NCBI GenBank assembly: GCA_030141605.1
Contig: JAQGDQ010001327.1
Span: 1 to 47,130, forward strand
DNA length: 47,130 nucleotides
Direction of reading: 5' to 3'
Origin: Tubiluchus corallicola
Taxonomy: Eukaryota > Animalia > Priapulida
Of this stretch, positions 1-11,627 are shown piece by piece. The position numbers were made by a program, and so were the translations under genes. Numbering within the stretch: position 1 is the first letter of the stretch; the number at the start of each line of letters is the position of its first letter. The notes under the pieces were generated by a model. It saw nothing but the letters and a program-made list of their open reading frames with translations. It did not search any database and was not told the DNA's origin.

Positions 1-404
1 TAGGAGTTCTATTTTCGGCAATTTTCACTTAGAAAACTGCTGACGCAAAGGCATTGTTGTGACGTCATCCATTGTACTCTGTCTATAATCTTATAACTTT
101 AATTCAGCAAAAAGCTACAGGCTTTGCGTTAGTTAAACAAACAGTAGGCACGATGTTACGGGCTTTGTGTTATAAATGTGGACTAGGTAGGATGTTCGCG
201 TATTATTGATTACACGTGTATTTATACGCAATCTTTTGCGGGGCCTTTGCTATTTATTATATTATAGCACATAGTTTCAACTTTGTGAAAAATGTTTGGA
301 ATGGTTTTGTTGTAATGCTGTGCTGTTGGTGCTTGTGCTATAGGTGTTGTCATCGTTGCCACCATCATCATCATCATCAACATCATGATCACCACGTGAG
401 GTGG

Positions 405-1830
405 TGGATTTGATGTGGTGTGGTGGTGGTGTGCTTTGTGTGTTGTGCTATGGATGGTGTGGTGGGGTGATAGGGTGTGTGGGGTGTGGTGTGGGTAGTG
501 TGGTATGGAGTGGGTGGCGTGGTGTGTGGGTGGGTGGGTGTTGTGGTGCAGTGTGGTGTTATGGTGTGGTGCAGTGCGGTGTGATGTGGTGGAGTATTAT
601 GGTGTGGGTGGTGTGGTGTGGTGCAGTGGTATGGTGTGGTGCAGTGTGGTGTGATGTGGTGGAGTCGTATGGTGTGGTGTGCTGTATGGGTGGTGCGGTG
701 TGCTGCAGTGGTGTGGTGTGGTGTGGTGTGGTGTGATGTGGTGGAGTGGTATGGTGTGGGTGGTGTGGTGTGTAGGTGGGTGGGTGGTGTGGTGCAGTGT
801 GGTGTTATGGTGTGGTGCTGTGCGGTGTGATGTGGTGGAGTATTATGGTGTGGGTGGTGTGGTGTGGTGTGTGGGTGGTGCAGTGGTATGGTGTGGTGCA
901 GTGTGGTGTGATGTGGTGGAGTGGTATGGTGTGGGTGGTGTGGTGTGTGGGTGGTATGGTGTGGTGTGATGTGGTGGAGTGGTATGGTGTGGGTGGTGTG
1001 GTGTGGTGTGGTGCAGTGTGGTGTTATGGTGTGGTGCTGTGCGGTGTGATGTGGTGGAGTATTATGGTGTGGGTGGTGTGGTGTGGTGTGTGGGTGGTGC
1101 GGTGTGCTGCAGCGGTATGGTGTGGTGCGGTGTGGTGTGTAGGTGGGTGGGTGGTGTGGTGCTGTGTGGTGTGGTGCAGTGTGGTGTTATGGTGTGGTGC
1201 TGTGCGGTGTGATGTGGTGGAGTATTATGGTGTGGGTGGTGTGGTGTGGTGTGTGGGTGGTGCAGTGGTATGGTGTGGTGCAGTGTGGTGTGAGATGTGG
1301 TGGAGTGGTATGGTGTGGGTGGTGTGGTGTGTATGTGGTATGGTGGTATGGTGTGGTGCGGTGTGGTGTGATGTGGTGGAGTGGTATGGTGTGGGTGGTG
1401 TGGTGTGTAGGTGGGTGGGTGGTGTGGTGCAGTGTGGTGTTATGGTGTGGTGCTGTGCGGTGTGATGTGGTGGAGTATTATGGTGTGGGTGGTGTGGTGT
1501 GGTGTGTGGGTGGTGCGGTGTGGTGTGATGTGGTGGAGTAGTATGGTGTGGGTGGGTGGTGTGTTGCAGTGTGGTGTTATGGTGTGGTGCTGTGCAGTGT
1601 GATGTTGTGGAGTATTATGGTGTGGGTGGTGTGGTGTGTGGTGGTGCAGTGGTATGGTGTGGTGCAGTGTGGTGTGATGTGGTGGAGTGGTATGGTGTGG
1701 GTGGTATGGTGTGGTGCAGTGCGGTGTGCTGGTATTGTGTGGTGCAGTGTGGTGCGATGAGGTGGAGTGGTATGGTGTGGTGCAGTGTGGTGTGATGAGG
1801 TGGAGTGGTGTGGTGTGGGTTGTGTGTTGA
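405..1830 (+). repeat. GT-rich low-complexity/compound microsatellite tract, copy 1
   Basis: Almost only G and T on the + strand, built from shuffled modules such as GTGTG, GTGATGTGGTGGAGT and GTGCAGT. Confidence 0.95.
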
Positions 1831-4399
1831 CTTGTGCACAAAATTCTTTTTGTGGGGTTTGGCTAGTCTCTTATATTAATATTCTTGGTATGGGCTTAAT
1901 ATATAAGATTCGAGGCTACAGCCCGGACGAGGGCACCATTTGCGGCGATCTATATATCAAACGAAAGGTCTCGATCTAGTGTCGTGCCATTGATGGTTTA
2001 TTTTTCGAATCGGGCCCACCGGGAGGAACGGGGGGCGAAAAACCTCCAAAAATGGCCCTTTTTCGGCCGTTTTTTGCAAAAAGTTATACGGCTGAGATGT
2101 AGAGAACGGGAACGGGCCGAGGGGGGTGCTGGGTATGGATAGATAGCCCGTTCAGCGGTGGGTGTAGTAGGCATATTTAGAATTCGCGAGAGGGCCACGG
2201 GGTCCCGCAACGGGCGTTTTCCCGGACCCAACTCGCGATTTTTTCGAAATTTTGACCAAACAGCATGCGGGAAAAACGTTCTAGCGGCGCCTGGTGGGAC
2301 TCTCGGAAGGAGATATATGGCTCATCAGAAAGAGGAAGAACAGGGCTACACGATGGTGTGAGTACCGACGAGTTAATTAGTTGTTCTATTTTCGGCAATT
2401 TTCGCTTAAAAACAGCTGACGCAAAGCCATTGTTCTGACGTCATCCATTATACTCTGCTTATAGCTTTAATTCAGCAAAAAGCTACAGGCTTTGCGTTAG
2501 TTAAACAAACAGTAGGCATGATGTTACGGGCTTTGTGTTATAAATGAGGACTAGGTAGGATGTTCGCATATTATTGATTACACGTGGTTTTTTACGCAAA
2601 ATCTTTTGCGGGGCGTTTGCTTCTATTATATTAATATTCTTGGTATCTTAATATATATATAAGATTCGAGGCTACAGCCCGGACGAGGGCACCATTTGCG
2701 GCGATCTATATATCAAACGAAAGGTCTCGATCTAGTGTCGTGCCATTGATGGTTTATTTTTCGAATCGGGCCCACCGGGAGGAACGGGGGGCGAAAAACC
2801 TCCAAAAATGGCCCTTTTTCGGCCGTTTTTTGCAAAAAATTGCAAAAGTTATACGGCTGAGATGTAGAGAACGGGAATGGGCCGAGGGGGGTACTGGGTA
2901 TGGATAGATAGCCCGTTCAGCGGTGGGTGTCATAGGCCTATTTAGAATTCGCGAGAGGGCCACGGGGTCCCGCAACGGGCGTTTTTCCGGACCCAACTCG
3001 CGATTTGTTCGAAATTTTGACCAAACAGCATGCGAGAAAAACGTTCTAGCGGCGCCCGGTGGGACTCTCGGAAGGAGATATACGGCTCTTTAGAAAGAGG
3101 AAGGACGGGGCTACATGATGGTGTGGGTTACATTTTAGGGCAAGTCCACCGGGAGAAGTATTGGCGAGTTAATTAGATGTTCTATTTTCGGCGATTTTCG
3201 CTTAGAAAACTGTGGTGACGAATTCCATTGTGCTGACGTCATTCATTGTACTCTGCTGGCTTAATTCAGCAAAAAGCTGCTTTGCGTTAGTTAAGCATAC
3301 AGTAAGCACGAGTAAACGCTGCTACAGCCTACTGCGTTAGGTAAGTAGGCAGGATGTTACGGGCTTTGTGTTATAAATGAGGACTTGGTAGGACGTTTGC
3401 GTATTATTGATTACACGTGGTTTTTTACGCAAAATCTTTTGTGGGGCGTTTGCTTCTATTATATTAATATTCTTGGTATCTTAATATATATATAAGATTC
3501 GAGGCTACAGCCTGGACGAGGGCACCATTTGGGGCGATCTATACATCAAACGAAAGGTCTCGATCTAGTGTCGTGCCATTGGTGGTTTATTTTTCGAATC
3601 GGGCCCACCGGGAGGAACGGGAGGCGAAAAACCTCCAAAAATGGCCCTTTTTCGGCCGTTTTTTGTAAAACTTATACGGCTGAGATGTAGAGAACGGGAA
3701 CGGGCCAAGGGGGGTGCTGGGTATGGATAGTTAGCCCGTTCAGCGGTGGGTGTAGTAGGCATATTTAGAATTCCCGAGAGGGCCAGGGCGCCCCGCAACG
3801 GGCATTTTCCCGGACCCAACTCGCGATTTTTTCGAAATTTTGACCAAACAGCATGCGGGAAAAACGTTCTAGCGGCGCCCGGTGGGACTCTCGGAAGGAG
3901 ATATATAGCTCTTTACAAAGAGGAAGGACAGGGCTACACGATGATGTGGGCTATATGTTAGGGCAGGTCCACCGAGAGGAGTATCAACGAGTTAGTTAGG
4001 AGTTCTATTTTCGGCAATTTTCGCTTAGAAAACTGCTGACGCAAAGGCATTGTTGTGACGTCATCCATTGTACTCTGTCTATAATCTTATAGCTTTAATT
4101 CAGCAAAAAGCTGCTACAGGCTTTGCGTTAGTTAAACAAACAGTAGGCACGATGTTACGGGCTTTGTGTTATAAATGTGGACTAGGTAGGATGTTCGCGT
4201 ATTATTGATTACACGTGTATTTATACGCAAAATCTTTTGCGGGGCCTTTGCTATTTATTATATTATAGCACATAGTTTCAACTTTGTGAAAAATGTTTGG
4301 AATGGTTTTGTTGTAATGCTGTGCTGTTGGTGCTTGTGCTATAGGTGTTGTCATCGTTGCCACCATCATCATCATCATCAACATCATGATCACCACGTG

Positions 4400-5270
4400 A
4401 GGTGGTGGATTTGATGTGGTGTGGTGGTGGTGTGCTTTGTGTGTTGTGCTATGGATGGTGTGGTGGGGTGATAGGGTGTGTGGGGTGTGGTGTGGGTAGT
4501 GTGGTATGGAGTGGGTGGCGTGGTGTGTGGGTGGGTGGGTGTTGTGGTGCGGTGTGGTGTTATGGTGTGGTGCAGTGCAGTGTGATGTGATGTGGTATGG
4601 TGTAGTGTGATGTGGTGGAGTCGTATGGTGTGGGTGGTGTGGTGTGTGGGTGGGTGGGTGTTGTGGTGCGGTGTGGTGTGGTGTTATGGTGTGGTGCTGT
4701 GCGGTGTGATGTGGTGGAGTATTATGGTGTGGGTGGTGTGGTGTGGTGTGTGGGTGGTGTGGTGCAGTGGTATGGTGTGGTGCAGTGTGGTGTGATGTGG
4801 TGGAGTCGTATGGTGTGGGTGGTGTGGTGTGGTGTGTGGGTGGTGCGGTGTGCTGCAGCGGTATGGTGTGGTGCAGTGTGGTGTGTAGGTGGGTGGGTGG
4901 TGTGGTGCAGTGTGGTGTTATGGTGTGGTGCTGTGCGGTGTGGTGCTGTGTGGTGTTATGGTGTGGTGCTGTGCGGTGTGATGTGATGTGGTGGAGTATT
5001 ATGGTGTGTGTGGGTGGTGCAGTGGTATGGTGTGGTGCAGTGTGGTGTGATGTGGTGGAGTGGTATGGTGTGGGTGGTGTGGTGTGTAGGTGGTATGGTG
5101 GTATGGTGTGGTGCGGTGTGGTGTGATGTGGTGGAGTGGTATGGTGTGGGTGGTGTGGTGTGTAGGTGGGTGGGTGGTGTGGTGTTATGGTGCGGTGTGA
5201 TGTGGTGGAGTGGTATGGTGTGGTGCAGTGTGGTGTGATGAGGTGGAGTGGTGTGGTGTGGGTTTTGTGT
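4400..5270 (+). repeat. GT-rich low-complexity tract, copy 2
   Basis: Same flanks and modules as copy 1, but shorter. Confidence 0.95.
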
Positions 5271-6287
5271 TGATTTGTGCACAAAATTCTTTTTGTGGGG
5301 TTTGGCTGTGATTATATTTGATCATAATCTACTATCTACTATTATATTAATATTCTTGGTATATATATATATATATATATATATAAGATTCGAGGCTACA
5401 GCCCGGACGAGGGCACCATTTGCGGCGATCTATATATCAAACGAAAGGTCTCGATCTAGTGTCGTGCCATTGATGGTTTATTTTTCGAATTGGGCCCACC
5501 GGGAGGAACGGGGGGGGGGGAAAACCTCCAAAAATGGCCCTTTTTCGGCCGTTTTTTGCAAAAGTTATACGGCTGAGATGTAGAGAACGGGAACGGGCCG
5601 AGGGTGGTGCTGGGTATGGATAGATAGCCCGTTCAGCGGTGGGTGTAGTAGGCATATTTAGAATTCCCGAGAGGGCCACGGCGTCCCGTAACGGGCGTTT
5701 TCCCGGACCCAACTCGCGATTTTTTCGAAATTTTGACCAAACAGCCTGCGGGAAAAACGTTCTAGCGGCGCCTGGTGGGACTCTCGGGAGGGGATTTATA
5801 GCTCTTTACAAAGAGGAAGGACAGGGCTACACGATGATGTGGGTTATATGTTAGGGCAGGTCCACCGAGAGGAGTATCAACGAGTTAGTTAGGAGTTCTA
5901 TTTTCGGCAATTTTCGCTTAGAAAACTGCTGACGCAAAGGCATTGTTGTGACGTCATCCATTGTACTCTGCTGTAATCTTATAACTTTAATTCAGCAAAA
6001 AGCTGCTACAGGCTTTGCGTTAGTTAAACAAACAGTAGGCACGATGTTACGGGCTTTGTGTTATAAATGTGGACTAGGTAGGATGTTCGCGTATTATTGA
6101 TTACACGTGTATTTATACGCAATCTTTTGCGGGGCCTTTGCTATTTATTATATTATAGCACATAGTTTCAACTTTGTGAAAAATGTTTGGAATGGTTTTG
6201 TTGTAATGCTGTGCTGTTGGTGCTTGTGCTATAGGTGTCGTCATCGTTGCCATCATCATCATCATCAACATCATGATCACCACGTGA

Positions 6288-6945
6288 GGTGGTGGATTTG
6301 ATGTGGTGTGGTGGTGGTGTGCTTTGTGTGTTGTGCTATGGATGGTGTGGTGGGGTGATAGGGTGTGTGGGGTGTGGTGTGGGTAGTGTGGTATGGAGTG
6401 GGTGGCGTGGTGTGTGGGTGGGTGTTGTGGTGCAGTGTGGTGTGATGTGGTGGAGTATTATGGTGTGGGTGGGTGTGTGTGGGTGGTGCGATGTGGTGTG
6501 GTGCAGTGGTATGGTGTGGTGCAGTGTGGTGTGATGTGGTGGAGTCGTATGGTGTGGTGTGTGGGTGGTGCAGTGTGCTGCGGTGGTGGTGTGGTGCAGT
6601 GTGGTGTGATGTGGTGGAGTGGTATGGTGTGGGTGGTGTGGTGTGGTGCAGTGTGGTGTTATGGTGTGGTGCTGTGCGGTGTGATGTGGTGGAGTATTAT
6701 GGTGTGGGTGGGTGGTGCAGTGGTATGGTGTGGTGCAGTGTGGTGGAGTGGAATGGTGTGGGTGGTGTGGTGTGTAGGTGGTATGGTGTGGTGCGGTGCG
6801 GTGTGGTGGTATTGTGTGGTGCTGTGCGGTGTGATGTGGTGGAGTATTATGGTGTGGGTGGTGTGGTGCGATGAGGTGGAGTGATATGGTGTGGTGCAGT
6901 GTGGTGTGATGAGGTGGAGTGGTGTGGTGTGGGTTGTGTGTTGAT
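6288..6945 (+). repeat. GT-rich low-complexity tract, copy 3
   Basis: Same flanks and modules as copy 1; shortest of the three. Confidence 0.95.
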
Positions 6946-8007
6946 TTGTGCACAAAATTCTTTTTGTGGGGTTTGGCTAGTCTCTTATATTAATATTCTT
7001 GGTATATATATATATATTTATTTATTTATATATATATAAGATTCGAGGCTACAGCCCAGACGAGGGCACCATTTGCGGCGATCTATATATCAAACGAAAG
7101 GTCTCGATCTAGTGTCGTGCCATTGATGGTTTATTTTTCGAATCGGGCCCACCGGGAGGAGGGGGGGGCGAAAAACCTCCAAAAATGGCCCTTTTTCGGC
7201 CGTTTTTTGCAAAAGTTATACGGCTGAGATGTAGAGAACGGGAACGGGCCGAGGGGGGTGCTGGGTATGGATAGATAGCCCGTTCAGCGGTGGGTGTAGT
7301 AAGCATATTTAGAATTCCCGAGAGGGCCAGGGCGCCCCGCAACGGGCGTTTTCCCGGACCCAACTCGCGATTTTTTCGAAATTTTGACCAAACAGCATGC
7401 GGGAAAAACGTTCTAGCGTCGCCCGGTGGGACTCTAGGAAGGAGATATGGGGCTCTTTACAAAGAGGAAGGACAGGGCTACACGATGATGTGGGCTATAT
7501 GTTAGGGCATGTCCACTGAGAGGAGTATCGACGAGTTAATTCGTGTTCTATTTTCCGCAAATTTCGACAATTTTCGCCTTAGAAAACTGCAGAGCGCATT
7601 CCATTGTGCTGACGTCATCCATTGTGTCTATAAGTTTAATTCAGCAAAAAGCTGCTTTGCAACATACAGTAGGCAGGAGTAAATGCTGCTGGCTTTGCGT
7701 TAGGTAAGTAGGCAGGATGTTATGGGCTTTGTGCTATAAATGTGGACTTGGTAGGACGTTTGCGTATTATTGATTACACGTGGTTTTTTGCGCAAAATCT
7801 TTTGCGGGGCCTTTGCTAGTTTAAAATTAATGCTATAAAGAACAGCATTGAAGAACAGCCAAACTTTGAATTAAGGGTACATTCACATTTATGATCAGCT
7901 TATCACTTACATTTGTTATAGTATCAAGCCAGCTATGTGAAATATGCATACGGTGTACACATAAATATCGTCTTGCAATGGTGAAAGTTTCCTTTGGCGT
8001 ATTTTGT

Positions 8008-8368
8008 GCACAATTGAAATTGAATTCGAATCATTACTTTAAGACAACTACATAACAGTTGTTTACTAACAGAGGCACGCCTTATCTACTGTGCCTAATC
8101 CGGTTTGAGTGTGCGAGTCTCAATTGCTTGTATATGCAGAAAAACAATAGGCCGCAATGTAGCTGTTAGTTTTTGGATGGGCAGTCACACAATTGAAATT
8201 GAATTCAAATCATTACAGTAAACAATAGTGTCACAGTTATTTACTTGTTTACTAACAAGTAAATGCCTTTTCTACTGTGCTTTGCCCATTTGAGTGTCAG
8301 AATAGCAATAACTTGTAGATACACAAAAAATAGGCCATAACTTATCTGTTAGTCTGGATGGGAAGTCG
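8008..8368. repeat. Diverged two-copy tandem duplication, ~180 bp unit
   Basis: CACAATTGAAATTGAATTC(G/A)AATCATTAC occurs at ~8008 and ~8188. The following TTTACTAAC, TCTACTGTGC, AATAGGCC and TGGATGGG blocks are colinear in both copies. Confidence 0.8.
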
Positions 8369-9153
8369 TGGATTCAATTCATATCTTTAACTTTTTATTG
8401 TTTATTTAAAAAATTATACATTATGTGGAATTCTCTTCCATAAACATATTTTATTTAGTTATTCCCTTCGGTATACAGTTATTAACAGACCAAATGTAAC
8501 TTAGACAAATTGCAGTACTTAGTTGAAACAGTACACATAACAGACTAAAATTATTTTGTCTAACGATACTATGTGGAACGTGTGAATATTATGGATAACA
8601 TTAATAAATGCCAGTATCCATTCAATAATGATTTTGTGCAAAATGTTTTCATTGGGGCCTAACTAGTATGTATGTAAATGATTAGACCACATACTTAAAG
8701 TTAGAGGAAACTAATTGCTACAAATAACAGAATTAATCAACAAATATATAAATAATATATTAGAACATCTAAATTTATAGGAATGTTACTGTGAACTATT
8801 TGGAACACACCAAATTGTTCCAGTTGAACAAATAGGAATGGTGAGCATTTTCACGTTTTTCTAACAATCGCCAGAATTATTTCGCACTTTCACTAACATC
8901 TCTAAGTCAGTAAAATGAAAAGAATTCCTGAAGTAGGTTTCCAATCAAAATTTGAATGAAATCATTCGGCTTACTGCATTGCGCAAAACTGAATTACAGA
9001 GAAAACTCAGCAACTTTTTGTTGCTTTCGTGAAACTATAAACTACTTTTTTGCGTATTTTTAACAAAAGTTACAAAATAAGAGGTGTTATTAGTTTATCG
9101 CATCCAGTTTTGTTAATAATGGCTGTGAAAAGAAAAGTAAAGGAAAACGAAAA

Positions 9154-10290
9154 TTATAGAGCAGTTTGTAAAGTAATACGTGAATCTATGAACTGCTTTA
9201 CACGATGATGAACTGATTCCATTATGAAAGTAAAGACTGCAGCACTCATTCCAAACAGCATTGCCCAGAATGCAGCATTAAGCTGTTTTACAGGGATTGC
9301 TTGTGCCCCAACAGCTTGACTGGGTGTGTCCAAACAATGTTGTGTAGGATGAAGCAGCTCCTCTAAAAGGGGATTTATTAAACCAGTTTGCAGTAATTTA
9401 GCGATGCCGTAGTTTAGGACGTCTGTATAATTGCTTTTTCGTGGGACTGCAAATGACAGTTGATTTGGAGCTGGGGCTACAGGTGCTATAGAAAACCTAC
9501 ATTTTTCATATAATTTGAAATCTTCAATAAAATCCAACCTTGTATAGATTTCATCACGAAAATGTGTATACCTTCCTGTAGCCGTGAGATCTAATGCTGT
9601 TGCTACATCATCCGCGGGAACATTGTCGTCAGTTTCCATTTTCTTCCACAGCTTGCCATAATCTGTATCAGGTGGACTGTTTTTTAAGATAGAAGTAGCA
9701 GCAAAGTCTCCTAAAGTCACAGGAACAATGTCGCTGTCTACTAATTCTTGTAAGGTAGAGAATGCGTGGTGTTGCTTTGTAAGCAAGCAACACCATGCAT
9801 TCTCTACCTTACAAGATTTAATTCCTCTTTGTAATGAACACTTGTGGCGAATATACAATTGGATGTAGAAAAGTCATGTATTTCGCTCTTTCTCTGAGTG
9901 GTGTCAGCAGTCCAAATATGTCTACCTCACCCTTTTCAGCCACCATTTCCATACTTTCTAAAACTCCAATGGTCTTTACATTAAAGCTAAAGTTTAATTC
10001 ATTACTTAATATCATCATTACATCTTTCATAATATGTGCAGCGGGATCGCCATCCCAAATCCCTACTGCAAGTTGATCTCCATTAAGCGAGTACTCCTGT
10101 GCATTCTGTTTGTTTTCATAAAACGCCACATATTCTTTTTGAATGCCGTCCTTTTGGTTTCTGAGGCGCTTAATCGGAATGATTTTCGCTTTTTGTCCAG
10201 TTTGATTTTGCGCTCACTGATGCAAAATATGTCCAGAAACTGAAAAGTAACGATGCAAGCAAGAAACAGCAGTATCTGTCTGGAAATCAT
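9154..10290 (-). pseudogene. Divergent ionotropic receptor (IR) pseudogene, locus 1
   Basis: ORFs 10063-10290, 9818-10129 and 9154-9858 match successive parts of the intact paralogs. There is a frameshift near 10170, and the M1-pore-M2 region (~110 aa) is missing at ~9780-9825. Confidence 0.88.
9746..9816. repeat. 32-bp inverted repeat (1 mismatch, 7-nt loop) at the IR pseudogene deletion junction
   Basis: TCTTGTAAGGTAGAGAATGCGTGGTGTTGCTT (9746-9777) pairs with AAGCAACACCATGCATTCTCTACCTTACAAGA (9785-9816). Confidence 0.93.
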
Positions 10291-10500
10291 TTCTCTGCGG
10301 TTCTGTATTACTTGTGATCATGAACACCACTGAAACCCTTCAAATGTCATTACATTATGCTCTTGTTATGCTGAAGAGTAAAAATACAAACAAGAAACAG
10401 CAGCGTCTGTTTGGAAATCATTTCTCTTCGGCTCCCAGTTACTTGTGATCATGATAAGCACTGAAAACCTTTGTCACTGTATTTTGCTTTTGTTTCAACT
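10259..10500 (-). repeat. Local ~130 bp duplication of the IR locus 1 start codon/5' leader
   Basis: CAAGAAACAGCAG..CTGT.TGGAAATCATTTCTCT..GG....ACTTGTGATCATGA..CACTGAAA occurs at ~10259 and again at ~10391. Confidence 0.75.
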
Positions 10501-11315
10501 GCAAATGCTAAGCTTAAAGGCCTTTCACACAGGCTGTTTGCTAATTAATATTATGCTCTCTCAACAGTAGTAAATAAATATTTCTTCTTTGTTTTTTGCA
10601 TCTTTTCTGTGTGACTTTATACAAACTCTGTCACAAACTGAAAGGAATTGGTCAATTTTTGTCTGCTGCCATTATAGTTCATTGTTGTAGCTTGTGTTTT
10701 TTGTGCTGGTAAGATAAATAAAAATGACAGAAGCAGACAATAAGCATGCGAGTGTCATTAAATAAACACTGCTTTCAATAGTCTATTGGAAATGTCTGCT
10801 AATAAAAATAAGTGTGACATGCAGGCTGATTTATTGATTTGCAACCATAAGAAAATAAATGCATTCAATGTTGTGTCAAATTGACTCGTCCGGTGCAGCA
10901 ATAAACTGCCATGTCTCTCTTTTGCTAGTTTTGGAGCATTCCGCTCTTGTTGTTGAATATTGAAAGTAATCCGTAAAATGCAAAAATTCACTAGCACATC
11001 AATAATTTAAATAGTCAGACTTTTAGGCATGTGACTGTGTGTTTGTGGGAATGCACCAAATTGTTCCATTACATAGTTGATCAACACAAATGGTAATTTT
11101 TGTTGAACTGATGGAAAATAAATTCATCTCAGCACACTATACAGCACTAAATCAAATTAAAGAGAAAGCTTAGCAATGAATCCTTAAACTAAATTTTTAG
11201 TTGTTAGTCTATCACTTCAGCCATCCAATTTTGTATGCTAATGGCTGGCAAAACTAAATTTGTATCTTAAAACTGTTAAAAATTTAAATTATGAAAGAGT
11301 TCATAAACTAATATG

Positions 11316-11627
11316 TTAATTTATGATCTGCTTTACACAATAATGAACTGATTCCATTACGAAAGTAAAGAGCGCAGCACTCATTCCAAATATGATGACC
11401 CAGAAGACGGCATTAAGCTGATTTACAGGAATTGCTTCAGCTTCAACAGCTTGAGTTGTGTCCAAACACTGTTGTGCTGGACGAAGCATTTCTTCTAACA
11501 GCCAGTTTATCGTGCCACTTTGCAGTAATTCACTGTCCAGTTTGGTTTTGCATACCCCAATGCACAATGTTTCCAAAAACTGAACTACAATGCAACCAGT
11601 AAAGAACAGCATCTGCCTGAAGACCAT
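11316..11627 (-). pseudogene. Internally deleted IR remnant, locus 2; 103-aa open frame joining the N-terminal hydrophobic leader to the last TM helix
   Basis: MVFRQMLFF...CKTKLD matches the paralog N-termini and is fused directly to LLQSG..LEE..QCLDT..IPV.QLNA.FW..FGMSAALFTFVMES, which matches the paralog C-termini. Confidence 0.8.

Larger units (their letters stand above)
1..7819 (+). mobile_element. Tandem head-to-tail array of non-autonomous Helitron units: partial 1-1866, then 1867-2621, 2622-3454, 3455-~5309, 5328-6980 and 6981-7819
   Basis: A ~750-850 bp core recurs, each copy starting TC(T)..TATATTAATATTCTTGGTAT. The last unit ends in the hairpin CGCAAAA-TC-TTTTGCG, ~9 nt, then CTAG|T (CTAG 7816-7819). 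Direct CTAG|TC junctions occur at 1866/1867 and 6980/6981. There are no TIRs or TSDs. A dispersed copy at 20902-21760 confirms both termini. Confidence 0.85.

Noticed and set aside
405-1830. Telomeric repeat array
   Set aside because: There is no fixed TTAGG/TTAGGG-type unit. The tract is internal and bounded by conserved element sequence.
216-6955. Many V/W/C/G-rich and H/T/P-rich ORFs of up to 360 aa
   Set aside because: They are translations of the GT low-complexity tracts, which lack stop codons by composition and are open in several frames on both strands.
1998-7505. Recurrent 67-91 aa ORFs (MGPGKRPLR..., MGVVGIFRI...) in each Helitron core and at 21241-21655
   Set aside because: They begin at non-ATG starts, frameshift between copies and show no Rep/helicase or other motif. 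The recurrence simply reflects the repeat.
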